Assembly (NCBI GenBank): GCA_963716925.1
Contig: CAVQUX010000015.1
Span: forward strand, 426,964 to 490,963
Direction of reading: 5' to 3'
Length of the DNA: 64,000 nucleotides
Origin: an uncultured Acidobacteriota bacterium
Lineage (GTDB): Bacteria > Acidobacteriota > Vicinamibacteria > Marinacidobacterales > SMYC01
The position numbers and the translations under genes were made by a program. The notes below the pieces were generated by a model. The model searched no databases. It saw nothing but the letters and a program-made list of their open reading frames with translations, and was not told the DNA's origin. The first letter of the stretch is position 1, and the number at the start of each line of letters is the position of its first letter. Shown in pieces: positions 8,608-18,999 of the stretch.

Positions 8608-10884
8608 ATGGACTCCCAGAACACCCGGCAACGAATCTGCTTCGTCGTCCTGGTCCTCTGTCTCACCGCATCGGCGCGGGAAACGCTCGCCCAGTCCCGA
8701 CCGGATAGGCAGTCCGGCGACCCGGGCCCGAAGACGCTTGTCTCCACGTCCGCGTCGGTTGGCCGGCTCCAGGTCGTGGCGGAGGTGGCCGAGACCGCCG
8801 TCGTCATCGACGGCGCGCTCGACGATCCGGTATGGCAGCGGGCGAGCCCGGCGACGGGATTCGTCCAGAGCGAGCCCAGTACCGGAGAGCCCGCGACGGA
8901 GCGGACCGAGGTGCGGATCGCATATGACTCCGACAATCTCTACATCGGTGCGTACTGCTACGACAGCGAGCCCGATAGTCTCGTGGTCAACCAGATTCGG
9001 GAGGATTTCACCGTCGGGGATCAGGACAGCTTCGAAGTAATCTTCGACACCTTCGCCGACCGGCGGAACGGGTTCACTTTCATGACCAACCCCGGCGGAG
9101 CCCGCTCCGACGAGCAAATGGCCAACGAGGGGCGCGAAACGAACGCGAGCTGGGACGCGGTGTGGTTCGTCGCAACTCGGCGCGTAGCCGACGGCTGGAC
9201 CGCGGAACTCGCCATCCCGTTCAAGTCGCTGCGATTCGACCTCGAGACGGCGCCGAGCTGGGGGATCAACTTCGGCCGTCACCTCAGGCGCAAGAACGAG
9301 GTCGACTACTGGTCGCCCGTACCTCGCGCCTACGCGCTGAGCCGGGTGTCGTTGGCCGGGGACCTGGTCGGGCTTCCCGCCGTCTCGTCGGGGAAGAACC
9401 TGAAGGTGAAACCGTTCGCGGTAGCGAGCTCCGTTCGTCCCGCGGGGGAGGACGAATTCGGAAGCGATGTGGCCGGCGGGGTCGACGTAAAGTACGGCAT
9501 CACCCCGGCCCTGACGCTCGACGGCACGTTTCATCCCGATTTCGCTCAGGTGGAAGCGGACGAGCAGCAGGTGAACCTGACCCAGTTCAGTCAATTCTTC
9601 CCCGAAAAGAGAGAGTTCTTCCTCGAGAACTCCGGAATCTTCTACGTGGGCGACACCGCGCGGAACAGCCGCATCACCGCGACTCCTACCGCCGACACCG
9701 ATCTGCTCCTGTTCTTCTCCCGGCGCATCGGCTTGACGCCGGAGGGTTTCCCCATCCCCATCGTCGCCGGCGCCCGGTTGACGGGGAACCTCGCCGGGCT
9801 CCGGATCGGGGCGCTGAACGTCCAGACCGAGAGGACGGAGCGGGAGCCGGCGAACAACTTCACCATCGTCCGGCTGCGCCGGGACATCCTGAGAAACTCC
9901 GACGTAGGCGCGATCTTCATGACCCGCCAGTCGACGGACGACGGCTCGGACTACAACCGGGTCTATGGGCTAGACGCCACCCTCCGGCTCTTCGGAAACG
10001 CGGACTGGGCCTCGTACTTCGTCAGGACTGCGACTCCCGGCTTCACCGACGGCCAGTATGCGCTCCGGAGCACGATCAACCGCGAGGGGAACTTCTTCCA
10101 CATCAAGAGCGGGATCATGTTCCTCGGCGATCACTTCAACGACGAGCTGGGGTTCTATAACCGGATCGGGGTGCGAAAATATCTCCTCGACACCGGCATC
10201 CGGCCGAGGTTCGAATCACTCCAGCGCCGCGGAATTCGTGAAATGCACCCTCACGTCGTCTGGGACTACTTCACCGACCACTCGGGGACTATGGTGGCGA
10301 AGCGCCTCCACACGGGCTACAGCGTCTTTTTCAACAACGGCGGATTCACGGAGCTGTCGGTGAATCCCGAATTCCAGCTCTTGATCCAACCCTTCAAGAT
10401 TCATCCCGACGCGCCCCCCATCCCCGTGGGGGGCTACAGCTGGGTTCCCGTTCAACTTCGGTTCAACTCGGACCCGAGCCAGCCGGTCTCCTTCAACCTG
10501 ACGGGGATCTGGGGCGGTCTCTGGAGCGGAACGCAGAAGACCCTGCAGGCGACGGTCACCCTCCAGCCCAGTTATCGATTTCGCCTGTCGGTCGGGACCC
10601 AGCGTACGAACGCGAAGCTCGAGGTACCGGAGACCGAGTTCGTCAGCAGCATTTCGACCCTTCGCGCCAACTACTCGTTCTCCGCGAACATGTTCCTCGA
10701 TTCGCTCCTCCAGTACGACCGGGACCGCGACCAGGTCAACGTGAACGTCCGATTCAATTTCATGCACCATCCCATGAGCGATCTGTTCATCGTCTACAAC
10801 GAGCAGCGCTTCGTAACCGTGGAGGACCCGATTCCGACGGGACGGGGATTCATCGTCAAGTTCACTCAGCTGTTCTCGTTCTGA
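8608..10884 (+). CDS. CBM9/DOMON-like plus DUF5916 outer-membrane protein
   Basis: IDGALDDPVW, TEVRIAYD, GWTAELAIPFKSLRF, PDFAQVEAD and FFPEKREFFLE; C-terminal Phe. Confidence 0.85.
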   Translation: MDSQNTRQRICFVVLVLCLTASARETLAQSRPDRQSGDPGPKTLVSTSASVGRLQVVAEVAETAVVIDGALDDPVWQRASPATGFVQSEPSTGEPATERTEVRIAYDSDNLYIGAYCYDSEPDSLVVNQIREDFTVGDQDSFEVIFDTFADRRNGFTFMTNPGGARSDEQMANEGRETNASWDAVWFVATRRVADGWTAELAIPFKSLRFDLETAPSWGINFGRHLRRKNEVDYWSPVPRAYALSRVSLAGDLVGLPAVSSGKNLKVKPFAVASSVRPAGEDEFGSDVAGGVDVKYGITPALTLDGTFHPDFAQVEADEQQVNLTQFSQFFPEKREFFLENSGIFYVGDTARNSRITATPTADTDLLLFFSRRIGLTPEGFPIPIVAGARLTGNLAGLRIGALNVQTERTEREPANNFTIVRLRRDILRNSDVGAIFMTRQSTDDGSDYNRVYGLDATLRLFGNADWASYFVRTATPGFTDGQYALRSTINREGNFFHIKSGIMFLGDHFNDELGFYNRIGVRKYLLDTGIRPRFESLQRRGIREMHPHVVWDYFTDHSGTMVAKRLHTGYSVFFNNGGFTELSVNPEFQLLIQPFKIHPDAPPIPVGGYSWVPVQLRFNSDPSQPVSFNLTGIWGGLWSGTQKTLQATVTLQPSYRFRLSVGTQRTNAKLEVPETEFVSSISTLRANYSFSANMFLDSLLQYDRDRDQVNVNVRFNFMHHPMSDLFIVYNEQRFVTVEDPIPTGRGFIVKFTQLFSF

Positions 10885-10947
10885 TCGGGCTCTGCCAACC
10901 GAGGGAGCGCGAGCCCCCCTCTACGATCACCCGCGGGTCTGCCCGGG

Positions 10948-12252
10948 TCAGTCTCCGTAGCCCACGGTCGAGCGCGCGAACCGCTTGAACATCTCCGCGC
11001 GCCGGCGCTCCTCCTGCTGGCCCTCCGGGTCGATGCCCGGCTTCATGTCGGCGGTGAAGGGAAGGACGTAGGGGGGGAGCCGGTGCTCGTCCTTGAACAT
11101 CTGGGTGCGGACGTGCCCGACGGAGTGCTCGGCGCTCTGGCCGCTCATCAGGTAGGTGATCGTGGGAACGAGGTCGCGCCTCTGGACCTTCTCCGTCACC
11201 ACGTGGTTCTTCTTGAAGTCAGGGCCGATGGCCATGGTCCAGACGTAGTGGGCGTAGTAGTTCCCGGGGCTGTGGCCGAGCTGGCCGTAGATGTTGATCT
11301 CGTCGTCGCGGCCGCACTCCGGCCGCAGGATGAGGGCGGTGGTATCGCGGAGGTACGGATCCGCCTGCACTTCGGCCCACATCCTTCCGAGGAGCTCGTC
11401 GGTGGCCTTCACGTGCTTGATGTACTCCCAGTAGTCGGTGTTGTAGTCCCAGTAGCCGAAGTCCGCGTGGGCGTCGTCGAGCGCGAGGAGCTGCACGGTG
11501 ACGATCTTCGGCTTGAAGGCCTTCAGAATCTGCGGAACCATGTGGATCGCCTGCGCGTCCCCGTATTGAAGCTCCCGGTCGATGAGCGGCTCTCTGGTCG
11601 AGGGCGGGACATAAGACCGCCGGGCCATCACGTCCGCGATCCACTCTTCGATCTCTTTCCGCTCCTGTGCGGTGTGTCCGAGGCCTTTCTCGATGAGGAG
11701 ATCGAAGAGGTCTCTCGGGCTCGCGCTGTTCTTCTCGTAGAACAGCTTGTTCATCGTGAGAGACGTCGCGCCGACACCGATGCCGTAGTCCGCGTGGCGG
11801 CTGAAGTGCTTCACGTCGAACGTCCAGCCGCGATAGTAGGAAGCTCCCTGGAGCACCCAGAAGTCGCTCGCCGAAGCACCCGTCTTCTTGCGCACGTACT
11901 CGTTCAGGGTGGGGAACAGCGGGCGCTGGGTCGGGGGATCGATCCCCGTCATCATCTCGGTGTACATGTAGCCGTGGAGGTTCGCGGTGTCCCCGTAGTC
12001 CTCGGTGAAGAGCGTGCCCTCGGGGATGAGCTTCGTCTGGTAGGGGGCGTACTCCGGGTTGTCGACGACGTCTTTCTTCCGCGCACCGTTTCCGTAGATG
12101 ACGAAGATGAGGTGCTTGGTCTTGAAGTCGGGATTCTCGGGGAGGAGCATCTCTCCCATTCGCACCGTTCCTCGCTCGGCGCGGGCTTCGCGGGGCCAGA
12201 CGGCCGCGGCACCCATCGCCGCTCCGTACTTGAAGAAATCTCTTCTTTTCAT
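10948..12252 (-). CDS. Tat-exported alkaline-phosphatase-superfamily-like protein
   Basis: MKRRDFFK Tat motif; DDAHAD, D-ELLG..W, TALILRPECGRD and DLVPTI resemble the AlkP core. Confidence 0.6.
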   Translation of the reverse strand: MKRRDFFKYGAAMGAAAVWPREARAERGTVRMGEMLLPENPDFKTKHLIFVIYGNGARKKDVVDNPEYAPYQTKLIPEGTLFTEDYGDTANLHGYMYTEMMTGIDPPTQRPLFPTLNEYVRKKTGASASDFWVLQGASYYRGWTFDVKHFSRHADYGIGVGATSLTMNKLFYEKNSASPRDLFDLLIEKGLGHTAQERKEIEEWIADVMARRSYVPPSTREPLIDRELQYGDAQAIHMVPQILKAFKPKIVTVQLLALDDAHADFGYWDYNTDYWEYIKHVKATDELLGRMWAEVQADPYLRDTTALILRPECGRDDEINIYGQLGHSPGNYYAHYVWTMAIGPDFKKNHVVTEKVQRRDLVPTITYLMSGQSAEHSVGHVRTQMFKDEHRLPPYVLPFTADMKPGIDPEGQQEERRRAEMFKRFARSTVGYGD

Positions 12253-13691
12253 CGGCTCGCTCCCTCATTGCCCCGAGTGGGCTCGGTCTCTTTCTCGCCG
12301 TCCTCCTGGAGAAAGTTCACGGTGATTCCCGTGAGGATCTTCTCGCGTCCTTCGAAGTAGGTATGGAAGTTGTTCGCCTCGTCGGCGATTCCGAGGCGGA
12401 CCAGGCTCCAGACCCCGCGCTCCATGCTCTTCTTGATCTTGAACGTCGCTGACCAGACGTTCGGCTCCGGGATCTTCGACGGCCGGTTGAGGTCGACGAA
12501 GTCGCTCGCGAGCTTCACCTTCACCGCGTCGACGCCGTGGGGAGAGCGGACGTAGCCTTCGACCGCTTTCACTCCCGAGAGGTCGTCTTCGACGAGAGCC
12601 GTGACCGTGACCGACTCGCCGACGCGCGCTTCGGTGGTCGAAAGCGAGACCGCGAGAATCCGGGGAGGCTTCTTGTCCACGAGCGCCGGGTCCTGCGCGA
12701 CCCGGACGGCGGGAGCGTTTCGCAGCACCGCGTCGTTCTTCGAGAAGAAGTAGGCGGTGTTCCGGGCGTCGTCGGTCACGGCGATGCGCATCAAGCGCCA
12801 CTCCCCCCCCTCGTACCATTTGGGGATGGTGAAGTACCCCAGGAACTTCCCCGGCTCGCTTCCCTGGTGGACCATCGTTACCCGGATCCACTGCTCCTCG
12901 CTCGGCGAGATCCAGACGGCCTCGGCGTCGACCGGCCCGGAGACGTCGTCGGCGGCGTAGGCGGAGAAGCGAATCGCCTCGGTTCCCGCTCGGACCGAGG
13001 GCGTTTCGACCTCGACCAATCGAAGCTCCGGCGCGCGCAGGTCGACGCGGGGGTTGTCTTCCACCAGGAAGAACTTCGGCGTCCGATCCTCGTTGTCGAG
13101 AGGTTCGTGGAACTCGGCGCCGTAGCTCTGTCGTTTTCCCACTTCGTCGGAGATGGTGGCATAAGCCACGATGTAGCGCCCTCCGGGCGCGAACTTCGAG
13201 ACACGCCCCCGCCCCAGAAAAAGGGTCTTGTCGTCCTTGGAAGGCTCGAAGTTCACGTACATCGTCGCCGAGCCCAGGCGGCTGTAGCGCTCGCTGAAGA
13301 ACGTGGTGACGAACGGGAGAGTGTTCTTGTACGCGGAGGTGACCCGGGCGATGGCCCGGACCTCGTCGCCCGGGCCCACCTCGGGAGTGAGGATCTTGAA
13401 CTCGGTCAGCACGGGATAACGCTGCTCGCCCGTCAGCTCCGCCGCGGTGATCTGGAGATCCGGGCGCAGGTACTGGAACGGCTCGGGAACGGTGATCTCG
13501 GGCGGAGGCAGGATCTCTCCGTCCTCGAGGTCCTCGCACATGCAGCCGCTGGCGTTGAGAACGCCGTACTCGTTGAGCGTCTGGCCGAAGGGAACCCGCG
13601 CGGGCTTCTTGTCTTCTTCCTGCGCGAGCGCCGGGGTGAGCGCCGTCCCCACCAGTATCAGAATCGAGATTGTTTCTTGGATCGACATCAC
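12249..13691 (-). CDS. Secreted protein with three Ig-like repeats
   Basis: Signal peptide; repeated D..P...DD(V/L)SG...SP...G.W.L..I...D.A.N units; 4-bp overlap with the downstream gene. Confidence 0.7.
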   Translation of the reverse strand: MMSIQETISILILVGTALTPALAQEEDKKPARVPFGQTLNEYGVLNASGCMCEDLEDGEILPPPEITVPEPFQYLRPDLQITAAELTGEQRYPVLTEFKILTPEVGPGDEVRAIARVTSAYKNTLPFVTTFFSERYSRLGSATMYVNFEPSKDDKTLFLGRGRVSKFAPGGRYIVAYATISDEVGKRQSYGAEFHEPLDNEDRTPKFFLVEDNPRVDLRAPELRLVEVETPSVRAGTEAIRFSAYAADDVSGPVDAEAVWISPSEEQWIRVTMVHQGSEPGKFLGYFTIPKWYEGGEWRLMRIAVTDDARNTAYFFSKNDAVLRNAPAVRVAQDPALVDKKPPRILAVSLSTTEARVGESVTVTALVEDDLSGVKAVEGYVRSPHGVDAVKVKLASDFVDLNRPSKIPEPNVWSATFKIKKSMERGVWSLVRLGIADEANNFHTYFEGREKILTGITVNFLQEDGEKETEPTRGNEGASR

Positions 13692-13745
13692 GAGCTTCTG
13701 GATAAGCGAATTATCGAGCGCGGGTTCCGGGCTGTCAACGGGTCG

Positions 13746-14945
13746 TCAGGCCCCGCGCAGAGCTCCACGGAGTCTCTCGAGGAAGACGCGGTTCTCGTCG
13801 GGCAGTCCGACGGAGATCCGAAGATGGGTCGGCATCTCCCACGACTTCCCGTCGCGCACGTAGACCTTTTCGCGGGCGAGGGCGAGAACCACCGGCGCCG
13901 CCTCGCGCCCGAGATCCGCCATGAAGAACGGGGCCCGATGGGGAAGGCTCTTGACGCCGAGCGCCGAAAGACCGGAGCGCAGATAGTCGAGCCCGTCGTC
14001 CACCAGCTTCACGTAGCGGTCGACGTGCGCCTGGTCCGAGAGCGCCGCGAGCCCGCCGACGTTCGCGGCAGCGTTCACTCCCATGTCCAGGGTCCAGAGG
14101 AGCTTCAGAGGCTCGATGAGATTCGTGGGAGCGACGACGTAGCCGAGCCTCAAGCCGGCCATGCCGAACGCTTTCGAGAACGTGCGCGCCACGATGACCG
14201 GAGCACCCTTTTTGACCAGAGAGACGGAAGACTCTCCGTTCGGCAGGAAATCGACGTACGCCTCGTCCACCAGGAGCACCGCGTCGTCGGGGAGAGATTC
14301 GGAGAGATCCGCAATCGCCGCGAGCGGCAGGCTCGCGCCCGTCGGATTGTCGGGGTTGGCGATGTAGACCAGCCGTGTATCCCGGCCGATCGCCCGTTTC
14401 ATCCCTTCGAGATCGATGGTGCCGTCGGCCCGGAGCGGAACCTCGCTCACCTCGGAGCCCATCACCCGGGCGACTCCCGCACACCAGGAATAGGTGGGCT
14501 TCGCCAGCACGAGTCGGCCGCCCTTCCGGAGAAACGTCCAGGGAGCTATCTGCAGGAACTCGGTGGAGCCGCATCCCATCAGGAGGTTCCCGGCCTCGAC
14601 GCCGTTTCGCCGGGCGATCTCCTTCTTCAGCGGATCGACGTAGCTGTAGCGATTGGACTCCCCGAGGCCGTTCTCGAGGATCGCCGCGATGGCGCGGGGC
14701 GAGGGTCCGATGGGGTTCTCGTTGAAGTTGAGGCGAACCGAGCCCTCGGGAAAGGCGACGACGTCCTCCGTCGACAGAACGCTCTCGTCGACCTCGACCC
14801 GCGCAGCATCCTGAGCAGCGGCCATCCGCCGGAAGCCCACCGAAGCGCCCGCGGCGGCCATCGCCAGCGAGCGAAGGAACCGGCGTCGTGGAATCTCGGG
14901 GCCGTGGGGGTAGCAGCTCCAGGTTCGATCGAGATGGGTCGTCAC
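13746..14945 (-). CDS. Tat-exported HisC-like PLP aminotransferase
   Basis: RRRFL Tat motif; LNFNENP, NPDNPTG, VDEAY and RTFSKAFGMAGLRLGY. Confidence 0.88.
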   Translation of the reverse strand: MTTHLDRTWSCYPHGPEIPRRRFLRSLAMAAAGASVGFRRMAAAQDAARVEVDESVLSTEDVVAFPEGSVRLNFNENPIGPSPRAIAAILENGLGESNRYSYVDPLKKEIARRNGVEAGNLLMGCGSTEFLQIAPWTFLRKGGRLVLAKPTYSWCAGVARVMGSEVSEVPLRADGTIDLEGMKRAIGRDTRLVYIANPDNPTGASLPLAAIADLSESLPDDAVLLVDEAYVDFLPNGESSVSLVKKGAPVIVARTFSKAFGMAGLRLGYVVAPTNLIEPLKLLWTLDMGVNAAANVGGLAALSDQAHVDRYVKLVDDGLDYLRSGLSALGVKSLPHRAPFFMADLGREAAPVVLALAREKVYVRDGKSWEMPTHLRISVGLPDENRVFLERLRGALRGA

Positions 14946-14972
14946 GTCGTCCTCCCTCGGAGCCAGATAATA

Positions 14973-15734
14973 CTAGAGTCGGGCCCAGAGCGCTTCGCAG
15001 GCCGCCGCCGCTCTCATCTCGAGCTTCACGTCGACCTCGCCCGAGATCAGGGTCTCGCCGGGGTTGATCTCGACCGTCGCTTTCCTCCTCATCCGGGCTT
15101 CGACCACCGGACGCGCGATATAAGGAAAGACGCTGGTGGTGCCGATGGAGAACACGACGTCGAAGCCTCGCACGAGCTCGCGCTCCAGCGTCTCGACTTT
15201 GGCGAGGGGAAGGAGCTCTCCGAAGAGCACGACGTCGGGCCGGAGGGGCGCTCGGCATTCGGGACAGAGGGGCAGGGGCGCGAGGTTCGAGTAGTCCTCG
15301 ACGGTCGCCCTGTGGTCGCACGCGGTGCACAAGAGCTGGTGCACGTCCCCGTGGATGTCGATGACGTTCCTGGAGCCCGCCTTGCGGTGGAGGCCGTCCA
15401 CGTTCTGGGTCAAGACCCATACCCGCTCGAAGCGGCGCTCCGCCTCCGCCAGGATCGCGTGCGCGCGGTTGAAGGTCGCCCCCCGCGCCGAGGCCTCGAT
15501 CTGGTGGATATACTTCCAGGGGATGGCGGGATGGCGGCGCATCATCTCGCCCGAGAGGGCCTCCTCGATGGGCATCCCCTCGGGAGTGTCCGCCTCTTCG
15601 TAGAGTCCCCCGATTCCGCGGTACGTCGGAAGCCCGGAGTCGGCGGAGATGCCTGCCCCGGTGATGAAGAGAACGCTCGACGCCCCGCGGAGGTAGGACG
15701 CCGCGGTCTGGATCCCTCTCTCGTTCGCGTCCAC
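14973..15734 (-). CDS. cobB: NAD-dependent protein deacylase (sirtuin)
   Basis: TGAGISADSGLPTYRG, TQNVDGLH, IHG, CxxC...CxxC and RPDVVLFGE. Confidence 0.92.
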   Translation of the reverse strand: MDANERGIQTAASYLRGASSVLFITGAGISADSGLPTYRGIGGLYEEADTPEGMPIEEALSGEMMRRHPAIPWKYIHQIEASARGATFNRAHAILAEAERRFERVWVLTQNVDGLHRKAGSRNVIDIHGDVHQLLCTACDHRATVEDYSNLAPLPLCPECRAPLRPDVVLFGELLPLAKVETLERELVRGFDVVFSIGTTSVFPYIARPVVEARMRRKATVEINPGETLISGEVDVKLEMRAAAACEALWARL

Positions 15735-15789
15735 GAAGGGAGACTATCAAACTGGAAGTCTCCATGCCTCGGATGGACAATCGCTCCGG

Positions 15790-16290
15790 ATGAAGCTCCT
15801 GAGCGACGTCGACCGCGGGGACGTGACCCGGCTTCTCTCGAGGTTCGGGCTCCGGCTCGTCGAAACGCCGCCGGACGAAGAGATCCGCGGGAGCTACTGG
15901 GGCGGGTCGGAGGCTGGTCTCGTCGGGAACGAAGTCCACGCTCGCGCCGACACGCCGGTACATTCCATCCTCCATGAAGTGAGCCACTGCGTCTGCATGG
16001 ACCCGTCGAGGCGGGCCTCTCTCCGGCGCGACGCGGGCGGAGACGACCGAGAGGAATCGGCCGTCTGCTATCTGCAAGTCCTTCTATCCGACCTCCTCCC
16101 CGGCATGGGTCGCTCCCGCATGTTCCTCGATATGGACCAATGGGGCTACAGCTTCCGCCTGGGCTCGACGGAAGCCTGGTTCGAGAGAGACTCCGAGGAC
16201 GCCAGGGCCTGGCTTCTCGTCCACGATCTCATCGACCAGGACGGCGCGGTGATGTGGAAAGTCCGCGAGAGTTCCTGCGATAATGAATGA
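15790..16290 (+). CDS. Conserved hypothetical HExxH protein
   Basis: GSYWG and SILHEVSH motifs; coupled to the next ORF. Confidence 0.7.
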   Translation: MKLLSDVDRGDVTRLLSRFGLRLVETPPDEEIRGSYWGGSEAGLVGNEVHARADTPVHSILHEVSHCVCMDPSRRASLRRDAGGDDREESAVCYLQVLLSDLLPGMGRSRMFLDMDQWGYSFRLGSTEAWFERDSEDARAWLLVHDLIDQDGAVMWKVRESSCDNE

Positions 16291-17024
16291 ATCGCAGATT
16301 TCCAAATTCCTTCCCAGCGAGGTGCCCCATGGACAGCCCGGAGCCGGTGAGTCTGAGCTTCGACAAGGCGAGGTTCGACGAGAGCGGTCCGCAGTCGCTG
16401 AGCTGCGCGTTCTGCAAGCGCGACGTTTCCGGAACGTACTACGAGATCAACGGTCGGACGGCCTGCGAGGAATGCCGCTTTCGAGTCGAGAGCGAGCGCA
16501 GCGAGGGATCGTCTCTCGGAAGGGCGTTTCGAGCCCTGCTCGGCGGCGGCGTCGGAGGAATCGTAGGCGCCGGCATCTACTATGCGGTTCTCGCGCTCAC
16601 CGGATACGAGATCGGTCTCGTCGCGATCGTCGTAGGGCTTCTGGTGGGATTCGGAGTGCGCTGGGGCTCGGGCGGCAGGGGAGGGCGAAAATACCAGGCG
16701 CTCGCCGTCGCTATCACCTACGTCGCCATCGTCAGCACCCACGTGCCGTTCATCGTCGAGGAGGCCCGTAAACAGATGGAATCCGAGGCGTCGCCTGCGG
16801 TAGAGCCCGCAGTCGAGATGACCGCCGGGGCCGCCTTCTCGGCGCTCCTGATGCTCGTCCTCCTGTTGCTCGCGACCCCGTTTCTCGCCGGTATCCAGAA
16901 CGCGATCGGCATTCTCATCATCGGCTTCGCGCTCTACGAGGCCTGGCGGGTGAACGCCCACACGCCCCTTCATATCGAGGGCCCGCTCCAGATCGGAGCG
17001 CGCCCGAAAGAAACCCCCGTCTGA
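16287..17024 (+). CDS. Membrane protein with N-terminal CxxC..CxxC zinc finger
   Basis: CAFC...CEEC followed by about 4-5 TM segments; ATGA overlap. Confidence 0.75.
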   Translation: MNRRFPNSFPARCPMDSPEPVSLSFDKARFDESGPQSLSCAFCKRDVSGTYYEINGRTACEECRFRVESERSEGSSLGRAFRALLGGGVGGIVGAGIYYAVLALTGYEIGLVAIVVGLLVGFGVRWGSGGRGGRKYQALAVAITYVAIVSTHVPFIVEEARKQMESEASPAVEPAVEMTAGAAFSALLMLVLLLLATPFLAGIQNAIGILIIGFALYEAWRVNAHTPLHIEGPLQIGARPKETPV

Positions 17025-17980
17025 TGCGGTGCGCCGACTGCGGGAGTGAAATCGCTTCGACCCGGCTCAGCTGCCCCGTCTGCCACCGTCTCGTCCACCG
17101 CGAGGAGCTGGAGCGTCTCGCGAAGGAGGCGGAAGCGGCGCGCGGTCGCGACGAGCCCCGCGAGGAGATCCTCTCCTGGCGCCGTGCCCTCGAGCTCCTC
17201 CCTCCCGAATCCGAGCAGTCCCGCTCCATCGCCGCGAGGGTGAGCGAGCTCTCCCGCTTCGTGGAGGAGCGGGTGGAGCAGCCGAAATCCCCCTGGCGCT
17301 GGGCAGGAGTGGGTGCGGTCTTCGCGTTCATCGTAACCAAGGGGAAGTTTCTCCTCGCCGGTCTCACCAAGTCGGGCACGTTTCTCTCGATGTTCCTCTC
17401 CCTGGGCGTGTACTGGGCCGCGTTCGGCTGGAAGTTCGCCGCCGGATTGATCGCCTCGATCTACGTACACGAGATGGGACACGTCGCGGCGCTCCACCGC
17501 CTCGGTATCCGGGCCTCGGCCCCGATGTTCCTTCCGGGCCTGGGCGCCGTGGTACGCATGCAGCAGTATCCGGTCGACGCCCGGGAAGATGCCCGGGTGG
17601 GACTCGCGGGACCCATGTGGGGACTCGGGGCGGCCCTCGTGGCCGCCGCGGTCTATTTCTTGACTCAGGCGCCGATCTGGGGCGCCATCGCCCGGGTAGG
17701 CGCCTGGATCAACCTCTTCAACCTCCTCCCGGTGTGGCAGCTCGACGGCGGACGCGGCTTCCGCGCGCTCTCGAGAAGCGAGCGGTTCTGGGTGACGGGG
17801 CTCCTCGCGGCCCTGTGGTTCTGGACGAGGGAGGGTCTTCTCGTGCTCCTGCTGATCGTCGCGGGATTTCGAGCCTTCGGCGCCGAGCGCGGATCGTCGG
17901 GAGACCGCGTCGCCTTCGCCCAGTTCGTCGTGCTCCTGGCCGCGCTCGCGGCGCTCACCCTCATTCGGGTGCCGCTTTAG
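17024..17980 (+). CDS. Site-2 protease (M50) with N-terminal zinc ribbon
   Basis: CADC..CPVC, HEMGH, LAGP and NLFNLLPVWQLDG. Confidence 0.92.
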   Translation: MRCADCGSEIASTRLSCPVCHRLVHREELERLAKEAEAARGRDEPREEILSWRRALELLPPESEQSRSIAARVSELSRFVEERVEQPKSPWRWAGVGAVFAFIVTKGKFLLAGLTKSGTFLSMFLSLGVYWAAFGWKFAAGLIASIYVHEMGHVAALHRLGIRASAPMFLPGLGAVVRMQQYPVDAREDARVGLAGPMWGLGAALVAAAVYFLTQAPIWGAIARVGAWINLFNLLPVWQLDGGRGFRALSRSERFWVTGLLAALWFWTREGLLVLLLIVAGFRAFGAERGSSGDRVAFAQFVVLLAALAALTLIRVPL

Positions 17981-17989
17981 CGTCGCGGG

Positions 17990-18847
17990 CTAGCGGTTCG
18001 CCGTCGGCGAACGCTTCGGCTCGCCGGGCCAGACGGGGCTCGCAAGCTCGATCGACCAGACGGGACCTCCCGGGTAGAGAAATCCCCGGAACCGTACGAA
18101 CGTCGGCGCCTCGCCGTTGAGCATCCAGGTATGGAGCGGCGGCGGGTCCTTGCCGAAGAACTTTGCGAGAACCCCGGTCAACCCGGTAACCTCGATGTCC
18201 AGCAGATAGTGGACCGCCCGTCGAGAGATGCCGGTGATCGAGAAGGGCTCTTCGCCCCTGGTCGATACTTCGAGGCTCACGAGCCGCGGGTCAGGCGTGA
18301 ATGCGACCATGCTCACCGTCGTCTTCGCGGCGTCCGCCGCGATGTTCTTCAAGAGCGTGAAGAACATTCCGTTGTACAGGTCGAGGGGAAGCTCGAGCTT
18401 CCCCTCGAGCACTTTCTCTTCCCCGTCCGCGTCGGTGTGACGAACTTCGTATCGGCCCTCCCCGCGCTCCAGATCGGCCTCGAGCGGTTTCGGGAAAGAC
18501 GGCCCTTTTTGCACCAGGTGATAGCTCTCGAGAAGGAAGACGCGGTCCTGAGTGAAGGTCACGCGCTCGTCGTGGATCGAGCCGTCCCGGAAACGGAACG
18601 TGAGCCGACTCTCGATCCGGCCGCGCCGCGGGACCTGGATGAGGTCGCCCTCGGCCAACAAGTCGCCCTCGAGAGATCGGAGGACGAGAAACCCGTGAAC
18701 CACGCCTTCCATCTTCTGGACGGGAATCGGCTCGGCCGTTGCGCCCGTGCAGAGAGCAGTCCACAAGGCCATTCCGAGTAACAGTCGCTCACCCGTCATG
18801 AAAGCCAACTCGATTCGGCCGCGCACGAGCCAGTCTAGCAATGCCAC
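17990..18847 (-). CDS. Secreted hypothetical protein (start may be 18799)
   Basis: Signal-like N-terminus and typical codon usage. Confidence 0.7.
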   Translation of the reverse strand: MALLDWLVRGRIELAFMTGERLLLGMALWTALCTGATAEPIPVQKMEGVVHGFLVLRSLEGDLLAEGDLIQVPRRGRIESRLTFRFRDGSIHDERVTFTQDRVFLLESYHLVQKGPSFPKPLEADLERGEGRYEVRHTDADGEEKVLEGKLELPLDLYNGMFFTLLKNIAADAAKTTVSMVAFTPDPRLVSLEVSTRGEEPFSITGISRRAVHYLLDIEVTGLTGVLAKFFGKDPPPLHTWMLNGEAPTFVRFRGFLYPGGPVWSIELASPVWPGEPKRSPTANR

Positions 18848-18999
18848 CGGGTTGAACTGTTCGGAAACTCACTCCTAGTGGAAGATTCGCCTCGAATTAC
18901 GGGACTCCTGGTGGCGATCTACGGACGATCCTGCAGCCCGTCACGATCGCCAGAACCACCGTATCGGGGCTTGTTGTAGAGTATCGACACCATTCAGGA

